From NCBI GenBank assembly GCA_009602725.1, contig WELB01000022.1, positions 308,715 to 372,714 of the forward strand: a stretch of DNA of 64,000 bases, in the 5' to 3' direction. A program made the position numbers and the translations under genes. Source of the stretch: Spirogloea muscicola (Eukaryota). How positions within the stretch are numbered: position 1 is the first letter of the stretch; the number at the start of each line of letters is the position of its first letter. The notes beneath the pieces were generated by a model that was not told the DNA's origin, did not search any database, and worked only from the letters and a program-made list of their open reading frames with translations. Below, in pieces: positions 50,529-64,000 of the stretch.

Positions 50529-51011
50529 GGCAGCCGCTTCAGGGGCGCCGCCGCCACCGAGAGTGCTGAGGGGCGGCGAGCACGGCGGCGGCGGGGCAGC
50601 CCGGCCAGGCCCGCCGCGGCAGCGGCAGCTCCACTTGGGAGTAGCGGCTCGGACTCGGCCCGATCGACGTCGTGGGTGATACTCACCGTCAGAGCCCGTC
50701 GACTGGTCGTTGCGCGCGGCCGACTTTCTCGATGGCCGTCAGCTGAGTTGCCCATGTCCATGAACGTCGGTCGAGTGGTGGTATTCCAGCGTCAACAGTG
50801 CTTCCTTTTCAGAAGCATTTTCAGACGGGCTCGTTCTCCCAGTCCTGGCCCCCCAGCACCGCCGCGCGCGCGGGCCAGCAGGCGGCTGCTCCTGCCGCGC
50901 GCCGCGATAGCCGCCGCACCTCCCGAAGGCCTCGGCGCCGCGTCACACCCGCCTCCACTGGCTTCCCCGGCATAGCGCCGCTTGCACCGTCGGCACGCTG
51001 CAGCCGCAGCC

Positions 51012-52133
51012 ATGACGGAGGCGGCGATCCGCGCCCGCAAGGGCATGAAGACGGTGAAGGAGATGCCGCTGCTGCAGGACGGCCCGCCGCCCGGCGGCTT
51101 CCCCGGTAGGGCCTCAGTCCCGACCCCCAGACTTGACTGTGCACTTTCTCCAAGCCTGTTGAGCTTTCTGGCGGGCAGGTGCCACCTCTCGGTACTGTGG
51201 CTGCGCGCCCTTGCCCAGGTCGGGACGTGCCTAACGGCCGTCATCCCTCTGTGCCCTGGCACAGCCGTGCGCTATGCTCGAAACATCCCCAACACAGGGC
51301 CAAGCGGCACTGCGCTCGTTCTCGGCGCGACCTTGTTGATCTCATGGGGCTTTTACCGCGTCGGGCAAGGCAACATTTATCGAAGGTGCGCGCTTGTCAC
51401 AATGGCTTGGCAATAGCTTCACGGTCTTCAGAGGCAATGTGTGCTTGCTCTTTCAAGGGCAGCTACTTTTACAGGTGCCACACGCCTTGACGGGATAATT
51501 TGTGCTGTGATTGCGGACTCCAACCGTCGCATACCATGATGCCCAGAGAAGCTCCAACAGGATGGGCGGGGGGAGCTCACAGAGTTTGCATCGAGCCTCA
51601 CTTTGACAAACTAGATTTTGGTATTTCCAGGGGTTTGAAGAAGGAGAAAATGGACGCAAGGAAAGCAATACTGCCAGTGATTCAGGCTGAGGAAGATGCT
51701 AGGTGCACAGCCACTCTACCTACAGGCACCTGTATTATGCATTGACCATGACAATGGCTAGGGCACCAAAATGACTGACAAGACCATCGTCTTGAACGAC
51801 AGCTTGACTGTATACGCTTGATGCTCTCGTTAAGCATACTGCCAAGCCAACAATCTAATGTTCACCTGTTTCGCAGATTGTCCCTTGTAATCTCATTGGT
51901 CCATGTCAACTCCAACTAGGACACAGCAAGCTATATCATTGAAACAATTCCTGCTTATGCACCCTGACAATCTGAAGAGGCCTTGCTGCAGGTATCTGAA
52001 AGAGCGGCAGCAATTTCTGGATGAGGAGACCAAAATCATGAGCAAAGTTCCTGGTTGGAAGGCAGGGGAGAGTGTGTATAGCTCAGGCCGATGGATGCCG
52101 CCATCTACTGGAAGACTAACACAATTATACTAA
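51012..52133 (+). CDS. NDUFA13: Complex I subunit B16.6/GRIM-19 (4 exons)
   Basis: MTEAAIR..MPLLQDGPPPGGF|.VRYARNIPNTGPS..GQGN..|K..AR.AILPVIQAEED|..VPGWKAGESVYSSGRWMPP. Confidence 0.95.
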
Positions 52134-52920
52134 GCTTATAAGGCAGGTTTACTGATAAAGCCATCACTACCTCTGTGACACTGATAATCATAAGTGTGGC
52201 ACTCAACTCATCATATACTCGACAGCCAGCAAGAGTGCATCTTTGCCAACACAACTCGTGCAGAGAAATAGAAGAAAGCCTGACTTTGTGTCACATGTAT
52301 CCTCGTCTTGGCCTCTCTGGTCTGCTAGAGTAAGTAGCCTAACCGGCCTCACCATGTTCAACAGGCGCCAGCTTCAGTACTGGCAGTAATAAGGCATGAC
52401 TCCAGGCTGCCGCTTCTAACCGTTGGAAGTCAAGAGGGTTGTAAGCATTTCAAATGTTTACCTTCCGACCAGCATACGCGCTCCAAGAGATATTAATGCC
52501 TTTCTTGAGTAGCCTTGCCTGATACCCTCTTTCCTGTGGTCAGCTATTTGCTGCTGCTGGCAGCTTCTCTTTCCAGCAATCTTGACATGGCCTCCTGATG
52601 ACGTGCAAGTGAGCTTGTGCTAGATGCTATATGGTGGTGGCACTGGCGCACACACACGGCAGTGTCACCCACAGGCAGCCTGTTAGCCTGTTCATTGTGG
52701 GTAGTCAGCATGAGCAGGGCGGCCACTTGAGGTGGTGGTCACAATGAGTCTTGAGCAGTACAAATCCTTGAGCTGCCTGTTGCATTTGCCCACTCTCCTC
52801 GAACATCCAGTCTACACATGAACAGCCTACACATTGACCAGGTCCGGCTTAACGGAGTTGCTAATATTGCGGCGTAAGGGGGGGCTGCAGTCACCTCTTG
52901 GTGAAATAATGTATCGTAGT

Positions 52921-53891
52921 CTAGCTGGCTGGGGGAGCCCAATTGGAGTCTCTCTGATCAAGCACCTCATCAGAAGGATGGGAGACATACTGCACCACGA
53001 GCTTCAGCAAAGCTTCATCAACTCCATACTTGTTCGCCAGTTGTGCTACTTTGGAGGGCTCCAAGGCATACTCCCTGAGCAGCTCACGAAGCTGGATTGC
53101 ATTGACTTTGCCATGCTCCACTTGCGCGTCGTCTTGCAGGCCTGTTAGAGGGCCAGTACGTCTGTCCAGGGGTAATTGTCTTGGTCTCTAAAATGCACAA
53201 TCAGAGACAAACTGGTAGTCAGAGGTATATTCACATCCTTCCCCAGTAGCCCTGCTTTGCTGTCTCCTCTGTTCTGCTTTTACAGACCAATCCTCTACGG
53301 ATTCTCACAGCAAGCTGCACCATCGTTGCTTGCAAGGAGCAGCAGAACGCAGTAATTTGTAGCTTACTGCCGCTCCCTTTAGAGCTGGATCACCAGGTCG
53401 GGTCTGGATTGTGCCAGCAATCTGCTGCGTGAGAGTCTGGTAGTTAGCAGTAGACCTGTCCCACTCGCTAACGTCCTGCCCGGGCTCGATGATGGGTCCT
53501 GCAGCTCGGCAAGGAGAAGAACGTCATGAGTACTAGACCTCTACTATTCGCGTACATAGGTCTTGGAAGGATCACAGCTCGAACAGGTTCCGCAACAACC
53601 ACTTGAGTTCCGAGGTGAACAAGCTGTTGTGAGTCAGTTTAGCTGGCGCGACCTTGGCCATCCCAAAGTAAGGCAGTTTAAGATAACAACTGCGAGGATC
53701 GAAGGCGCAGTCTCACTGGATTCTGGAGGGGCCGGTCGAGCGGGCACGTCTGCTGCAGATCCCGGCCTGGGCGCAGGAGGTGCCGCAGGCTCCCCAAAGC
53801 TGGTCTCTAGGACGGTCTTGCGCTGCACCTTGGAAGCCTGCAGCTGCTGCGATACAGCTCTGCTGCCTACCCTGCTAGCCTGCTGGCCCAT
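52921..53891 (-). CDS. Plant NDUFAF4-like putative complex I assembly factor (3 exons)
   Basis: MGQ..SR.., Y..L.QQIAGTIQTRPG, R.LP..R, GKVNAIQLRELL..LANKYGVD..L..VVQYVS.P; resembles the At3g21400 family from recall. Confidence 0.65.
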
Positions 53892-54479
53892 CCTTGGCGA
53901 TGCACGTCAGTGACAAGCCATGCCTTGCTGGCAGGTGCGCCGTCGCAGCAGTGCCGGTGTCGCGTCAGGCTCGATGCGCGGGCGCGTGTGCGGCTGGCGC
54001 TGGATGGGCGGCGGCCCCGCCGGCCAGGCGGTGCAGCGGCTTAGGCAAGCCGTGCGCTCAAGGCGCTCGTCTCAAAGGGGCGGAGCTGATTGCCAGAGAG
54101 CAACCTCAGCAGGGCGAGCGGGAGAGGAGGCGCAGGGAGAAACGAGTGCGGCTGCTGATAGTAGAAGAGCGGCTGTGAAAGCCAGCGAGATGCACAGAAA
54201 GAAGTGAGCTCTGCCCAGGGGGGGGCGGCGCAGCGACAGAAAGACCAGGCAGCCTGAAAGAGTGGACACGGGCCAAAAGCGCCGAAAGGCAGAAAAGGCA
54301 CAGCCACCACTCCGCGCAGCAAGTGGCTACCCCGCACGGCTGCTCAGCCGCCAGGAAGGCGTCGGCCTGGCGTCGGGCGCCTGCGCGCCACGCGGCAGCC
54401 TGTGCGCGGCTCCGGGGCCGGCCGGCTGTGCCCGCTGGCCCCCCGTCGTTGCACCGGCTTTGGCCCGACCACTGTGGCC

Positions 54480-54665
54480 TCCTCCCTTTTCGCTGAACAC
54501 TGTATTGGGCTTGAATTGGCCTCCCTTTCATTTCATGCGCGCTCCGCGCGCCGCCTTCTTATGAAGCCCCGGCCTCGGCACTAGCTTTTGCCTGAACGGT
54601 GGATTGGCTAGAATTGGCCTCCCTTTTCGTTCCATGCGCAACCCGCGCGCGCCTCTCTCTCCCCG
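54480..54665 (+). mobile_element. Two tandem GCGC-type retrotransposon 3' ends upstream of S6K
   Basis: CTGAAC.(G/C)TG.ATTGG..GAATTGGCCTCCCTTT..CATGCGC..CGCGCG occurs twice (54493-54560 and 54579-54660). Confidence 0.75.
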
Positions 54666-54792
54666 CCGTCGCCGCGGCGGCGCAAGGCCCCCCCCCCCCC
54701 NCGCCGCCGCCGCCCTCCCTTCCGCTCCTGACCTCCCTCGGCCCCCCGCCGCCAACGCCGGCTCTGGCCCTCGTCTCCCTCTTTCCCCGCGC

Positions 54793-57590
<2,798 letters not shown>

Positions 57591-58020
57591 CATCACAGAT
57601 GATTGGAGATCTTTCATTCATTTTCATATTTTTCATCATGAATGTCGCCTCAATTGGAGGAGACAGCCAACGTAAGCAAGCGAGTAGCTCCCCAAGGAGC
57701 GCCACAAGGTGGGCTATACAGTAGTGATGACACGAGTGAGGCAACGACTAATTCTTTGTGAGAGTTCCAATCTTGGACAGACTTTGGAAGTCGTGGGTCA
57801 GTGCAATCTTGGCAAGCCATGGGATGCATCGGCAATCTCATGAGCGGCGCCCCAGGAAGGCCAGAGGGCCTTCGGGCAGTGCCAATCTGTAGATGATAAG
57901 AGTCGAGCAAGAGGGACCCTGGAAACTTGGGTGCAGCAGGCAAGACTGGCTGCAGGCGCACTCACTAGAGTGGCCTTGTGCGGCCGCAATTTAAGGGTGT
58001 ACAGCTGCTGCTGCCACGCA

Positions 58021-59270
58021 TCATGCGTTGGCCCCGTCTGTGGCTGCAGCAGGAGGCTTGGACTCTGTGGCTGCAGCAGAAGGCTTGGGCTGTGGAGCGG
58101 GAGGTTTGACTGGTTCTTCCACCTCAACAGACTCGATGGTTGCGACCTCCGTGCTTTTGAGGGGCTTGGCCTCCTCTTCATCTGCCTCATCCTCCGGTTC
58201 TGGTGGCGCCTTGGGCGGGAACTGTGGAGCAAGGGCAACACTGGCACTGTCAGGGCCTCTTCTTTTGCAGCAGCGGCCAGCACTTGATATGCAGCAAGAA
58301 GCAAGGAGAGTAGAAAGGCCCATGTGGTGGAGACAATGGAACGTACATGTACACAGGCCTGCTGATATAGCACTCCGCCAGTGATGGTCACAAGCAGTGC
58401 AACGATGCCGAGGGGCGTCGCGTGCTTGTCCCAGATCAGGATGTTGATGATGACGGTGAGGAGCTTGTTAGTGACGCCAACGACAGTGAATGAGGTGGCA
58501 GAGATGGCCTTGCGGCATGCAAAGCCGAAGAAGCTGATGGCAAGGCCGAAGATGCACGAGAGGCCGACGGCAAGGATGGTCCAGAAGGTGAGGTAGTCTT
58601 GGACGTCGATGGCCGCGGTCTCGATGTACTCGCCGGTGAGGAACCAGGAGATGGGCGACATGAGGAAGGAGAGGACGTTGTTGTAGTACACAAAGCCCCA
58701 CGTGTTGAGGCCGAGGTGCGTGACAATGTGCTTGATGTACACCATCTCGAAGGTGATGGTGAAGAGGTACGCGAACGCCCACGAGTAGGCGCGCACGGAG
58801 AAGGTGGAGTCGGTGATGACGTAGCCCACGGCGCCGGCCAGGATGATGCCCAGCGAGGCGAACGTCCAGGGGTGCGGCCAGGGCTGGGCGCGGAAGAGGG
58901 TGTCGGCGAGCGCGACGAGGAGCGGCGTGGAGGAGCGGAACATGATGAACGTGTCCACGTTGGCGTACTTGAGCAGCGTGGTGTTGGTGAAGATGGCGAC
59001 GTAGAACACGGCGGCGGCGGGGAGGAAGGCGCGGACGTTGGGCAGCGTGAGAGGGTCGTGCTCCAGCGCGCCGGCGCGGCCCAGCACCCAGACGGCCACG
59101 ACGCTGACGGCGTACTGGAGCGCGGTGAGGACCGCGGGGAAGGGGAAGACGGTGATGGCGCACTTGTTGATGATGGCCAGCATGGAGGAGCAGAAGGCGT
59201 AGGCCAGCACCAGCGGCAGCGACGACAGGTCGCCCAGGTTCACGCTCAGCGGCCCCAGCGAGAGCGCCAT
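58021..59270 (-). CDS. GONST4: Golgi GDP-sugar transporter, GONST3/4 (GFT1-like), 2 exons
   Basis: YAFCSSMLAIINK, ALQY, NVDTFIMFRS.TP, EMVYIKH, ISATSFTVVGVTNK, LIWDKHA; acidic/Pro-rich last exon 58021-58221. Confidence 0.92.
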
Positions 59271-59571
59271 GGCGCTGCGGGCTGGCGTTTAAGGAGCGCG
59301 AGGGGGAGGGGCCTGCGCCGCAGGGCCGCCGGGTCACGGCGGCGCCATGGCGCGCGCAGGCGGGGCCGTGCCCGAGGGGCGCCTCCCCGGACTCGCCAGG
59401 CGCGGCCGTCAACCCCGGAGCGGTGGGCGCAGCCGTCAACAAACACGCGCCGAACAGCTCTTTCAAAGAGCCTTGCGCTCTTTCAAAGCCGAACAAGTGT
59501 GCTCCCTCCAGCGCCTCCCGGGGGGGCGGGCCTGTGACACGACACCCCGATATGAAGTCGGACAAGGTCCC

Positions 59572-60180
59572 GGGCGCTGCACCTGCGTGCCGGCAGAGCC
59601 CTCGCTGCTGCCTCTGGCTCTGGCCAGGGGACCCGCTTCCAGGAGCCCAGTCTCTCTGACCTGAGGCTGCTTAGCAGCGGTTCCTGAGTGCTTCGTAGCT
59701 GCTCTGTTTCTTTCTGTGCTGTGTTTTCTTAGCGCTTCCCCTGGCCCCCTTCTCGTACTTCGTTGCTTCTCTTTTGGGCTGGCTTTTCCAGCCCCTATCC
59801 TCAAGGGGCGAGCCCTTTCTTCCGAAGGGGCCGGAAGGACGCTTCCAAGAGAGGGCGGTGGCTGGGACAGGCCAGACCCCCAGATAAAAGAATAAACAAG
59901 GGCTTGGAAGCGGTTGCTTCGCTAGAGGTGAATGAATGACCATCCTTCGTGCTTTTCACAGCCCTCGCCCCCTTTGATGAGCTCAATTCCTGGCGGCTGG
60001 TCTGTCGAAGTACAAACGATGGCGATGGCTGTGAGGTTGTAAGCTCTTCCGAAGGGGGCGAGGGCAGTAAGAGGCCCGCCCAAAATGGACTTAACGAAAG
60101 GGCCGGAAGGTGCAATAAAACGAAACCACTCTCTCTGTCTACACAGCCCCTCCCTTTGGAAGAGCCACTCTCCATCTCCT
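59572..60180. mobile_element. Cluster of CRE 3' ends upstream of GONST4
   Basis: ALHLRAGRALAAASG..LSDLRLLSSGS* (59575-59687) with hairpin GGGCTGGCTTTTCCAGCCC, plus further hairpin remnants in both orientations. Confidence 0.8.
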
Positions 60181-60961
60181 TGGAAGTACTTCTCTTCATT
60201 TGCGCCCTAAGCCAGGCCACCAGCTTCTGTGGCCGTACTCCACCTGCCCAAGCTAGCCTGCCAAGCTCTTACATGCTCACTCGTCGGTCATAGAGGCCCC
60301 TCACATGTTGCTTTTGCCCTGCTGTTTTAGCCCGCTTAGCCTAAGGCTTCGCCTCATTCGGCCCAAGTCGTTACACACAACTTTGGCTCGCTTTACCACC
60401 CTTTCCGTTTGTGCCCACTGCACTCCTCTCTTTTGGAATCACTTCTCTTTCTGCTGAGCTCCCCATGCGCTTGGCTGGCCTTCACATCCCTCCAGTGTCA
60501 GCATACGCTCCCCTCTGCCAGAGCAATATTGCCACCAGCCTTCACCTTGATGCAGGCTTTGGGTTTGAGCGGTTACCAGCCATGGCCGCGAGCGCCGTCA
60601 ATGACTCCGAGCAGACTACATTCTCACCTTTCAATACGGCTGCTGCAGTCACCAGTGGAGCCAAGCAAGGCTGCTCACTTTTACTAAGTATTAAGCTCAG
60701 CAATCGGCAAAACGGCTTTGCTAGGGGTACTGCTCCATCTGGAGGCTAGCCCTACACTTTCCTCACCATCCCTCCCCTCTCCCTCCATTACTCGTTCCGT
60801 TTCTATGCCTCATGTATTACGCACCCATTGCTCCCTGCTCAACAGCTCTTTCGCTGCTCCGCCACTTGCAATAGCAGCAATGCGTCAAAGGGACAAGTTC
60901 GACAAAGTTGTTGCTAGTGTCATCAAAGCCCCATTCAAGCTCTCAGGCTGTAGCAGCCGCC

Positions 60962-63900
60962 CTAGCCCTTTGCAGCCTGCAACTTGTCGAGGCCTCCGCA
61001 CATAGCTCGAAGGCGCAGCCAGGCTACCACCGACCTCAGAATGCGCACATGGCCCTCCTGGATGTCTTTGGCCATCCGAAGCCTCTCCGGCTTGACTCTT
61101 CCCCCCAACGCAGCAGCTGCAAATCCCTGACAGAGTCCAACAGCAACTGAGAATACCGCACCTGCCTCAATGCTCTTTTCTGCCCTCACTCACTGTGAGC
61201 TTTCAAGATTCTGCCAAGCTAGGTATAAGGTGCCAGTGAGAGAGCTATTGTAAATCCTTAGCCTGATAACAGCGCACCAGAGATGATGCACCTAGGTGGT
61301 CAAGTCTGTCTTCGCAGCACTTCAGAAGCAGGTCCATTGCGCGGCTCTCCCAGGGATCTCTCAGAGGCCTCCTGGCCAACCGCCCTTCGTGCCTGACGGC
61401 CTCCGCTGCCAACATCGCCAGATCTGGGAAGCGAGCAATGTAGCAAAGCTGCTTAAGGCTGCCACTTGCTGTGCCATGAGACGCCTTTAGATGAACAGCA
61501 ATCAAGGTCAATGCACGACCATCAGGTTTGCTGCTTTAGATGCACAAGGAGATTCATCCTCTCATTGATACAAGTACTGGCATGCGGGCACCACAAAATT
61601 AATAGCAACCTTTGTGGCAGTGAGCAGTGAGGACCCGGGAAAAGGCCCTGAGGCCATGTGGTATGCCTTTTCCCCGACCAGCTGGTGAAGTGCATTGCAT
61701 CAGCTTGAAGGCAGCCCCTTGATTTCCTGCTGGAGACTCCTCGACCCCTATGCCATGTGCTTCCAAGAGTTGCAATTTTTCCTTCCTCAGAACAGTTTTT
61801 GTGGGCACATCCACCCACAAAGTGACCTGCAAGTAGGGACAGCACTAGGTCAGGTGTTTGCAGCAACGCCACCAATAACGCACTGCAGCAATCCTGATGT
61901 CGTACTAACCTCCTGCCTGACTGTACAAGGATGAAGTCAGACAACCAGCTTGACAGAGTGCCAACCACGCACATGGTCATGTGGGTTGCATGGCAACGTG
62001 AAGCCAAAGTCGAGGGCAAGCACTGAGTTGGGCAAGTCACCATAGCTGATCATGACCTGCCAGCTGCACCTGCCATTAGTCCCAATCTGGTGGCAGGAAT
62101 TCTGAACCACCTATCTGCATCAAGAATCTCATTGTCTTGCTGAGACAGCATACCTCCCGTCTACTGCTGCCTTATGAAGAAGCCTTGAGAAGATTGGGAA
62201 GATACAGACACATTCATCTATACAACACCAGAGTGTCTGCAGCAGAAGAGAGCAGCCAGAGGGCGCCCAATTGAGACACTGCAGGAAGAAAGGGGAGGCA
62301 TGGCACCTGAGCTCCAGCCTGATAGTCCTGATCAGCAATCACCTGGCACGCGCAGAGGACAATTCCTACTGATGATGCATGCAACTCAGCATGCTTCTGA
62401 AAGCGCAGAGTAACACCCTGGCAGATAGAGGGCCCCTCCGCACAGCCCTTCCAATTCAACTCATTGAGAAACGAAGCAGCAGCTAAGCAATTCAGCAAGC
62501 AGAGTATTGTCACCTCCGCATAACCTTCGTCCTTGTCATAGCAGAGATGCACACGGCATTCTGGGTTGTGATTGAGGAAGTCCACATAGGGGACCTGAAA
62601 CCAAAAGCATTTGTATAAACAGCTCTGGGTCATTGCAAGCATGATACAATAGCATGGTCACACCTAGCAATATGTGCATGCCTGGCCTTGCACTTCAGAA
62701 TTTGGACTCAAATATGCTAATAAAATCTTCACCAGAGCAAGATCGCCAATGTCCTCAATCTTCCATGCTCGTGAGCAAACTGCAAACAACTATCAGCACT
62801 GTGAGCTGGGCTCACGACGTTAAGGCTTCATGGATGGAGCTTTACGGCCAGAGCTCGACGGTGCACTCAATGGCACACAGTGGCAATGGCACGCAATGGC
62901 TGTGACCATGGCTGTGAGCTCCAACAGCCGTTGCAAAGACACTGCCAGAGAGGAGCTGACCTGCTGCATAGGCATACTTGAAGCTGTCCAGAGCCAGTGA
63001 AAGTCCGAATGCGGAGTTGCAAGATTGCAGTTTCTGCAATGCAGATACTCGATGTCAGTCCCACTTCACTTGAAACACAGGCTCTTCAACACCAATGGCA
63101 GCCAGCAGCAGTAATTGGTCCAACAGATAATAAAGCCAGCTGGCCATGCTCTTAAGAGAACGTGCCTAGAAGGTCGAGCATGTGCAGCAATGCTTCCGTC
63201 ACACTTCGCAGAGGTCAAAGACAGACGAGCCGTGCTCACCGGCAGGAGCTGCCTATACTCGGCGGCGATCAGGTCGGCCCTTAGACGAGTGTCCTCGAGG
63301 AGCGAGCTGCAGCCCTTGAGGAGGCCCAGCTCCTCCGAGGTCCAGAAGATTGTGCTGTCCAACGAGCCCTGGGCTGGCAGGCTCTGTACATAGGGCGCCC
63401 AGCATGACTCCTGCCGCAGGCAACCCCTAAGACCGTCAAGTCACACCGTCACAGAGGCGCTCCAAGTAGCAATTGGTCGGGCGAGCGGCACAAGCTGCAC
63501 CAAGTAAGGGGGCCTGATATACCAGCGGTCTGGTTGTGCAAGCCAAGCACCTGACCGAGGTGCCTCTCGGACAAGATAAAGAGGGCGAGCCTGGCCCACT
63601 CGCTGGCACCCGAGTCGAGCTTGTCAGCGATGCTGGCGCACAGAGTGCCGGGGGTGATGATCTGCCTGGCCGCAGAGGCTGCAGCTGCTCAGAAAAGACT
63701 GCAGCATGGCAGGCAGACGGAGTGGCAGGCTGCGAGGCGGCGGCACTCCGAGGCGCGTACGAGGCTGCGCGAGACCCGGAGCACGCAGTCGCCCCTCGCG
63801 ATGCTGCTGGTGGCGTAGAGGCCCCTGGCAGCCGCAGCACGCGGCAGCGAGCCTCAGCGCAGCTGGCTGGCATGCGGAGGTCGGGGCGAGCTTCGGCGAG

Positions 63901-64000
63901 GAGGCGGGGGCGGTTCGAAGGCCTGGGGCGCACCTTCCCTCACGGGACGCCGCGACGCGGGCGCTGTGCACAGCGACCGGGCCCTCGCCGCGGGCCAGCA
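60962..64000 (-). CDS. Rubisco-LSMT-like SET-domain methyltransferase, 5' partial
   Basis: RGLYATSSIARGD, S.WAPYVQSLP..STIFWTSEEL, CSRAW, VPYVDFLNH, VIADQDYQAG, GRLARRPL, RLRMAKDI..ILRS; continues past the window end. Confidence 0.88.

Overview
Eukaryotic nuclear DNA, GC-rich and intron-rich, with plant-type genes. It is most consistent with a streptophyte green alga (Zygnematophyceae-like; inference only). About 14 spliced protein genes can be reconstructed by eye: an ERD6-like sugar porter, an SDR, MTP6, an AHK1/CKI1-clade hybrid histidine kinase, a UCP022280-like protein, GEX1, a small basic protein, NDUFS6, OM47, NDUFA13, an NDUFAF4-like protein, S6K, GONST4/GFT1 and a partial SET-domain protein. 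The intergenic DNA is packed with short, 5'-truncated 3' ends of several subfamilies of CRE-clade non-LTR retrotransposons (CCHC knuckle plus restriction-like endonuclease, ORFs ending ..DL.LLTRGY*). No reverse-transcriptase domain is visible in the window. The most notable signals concern these elements. Ten insertions have readable 7-15 bp target-site duplications, and seven of these have a CpG (or its deamination product) at the 3' junction. The copies nest into one another in clusters, mostly next to gene 5' ends, and none was seen in introns. Each subfamily ends in a hairpin with a conserved stem and variable loop. Separately, four mitochondrial genes (three linked to complex I) lie within 14 kb. 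Family assignments are from motif recall without database searches, exon boundaries are manual, and several N gaps limit the view.
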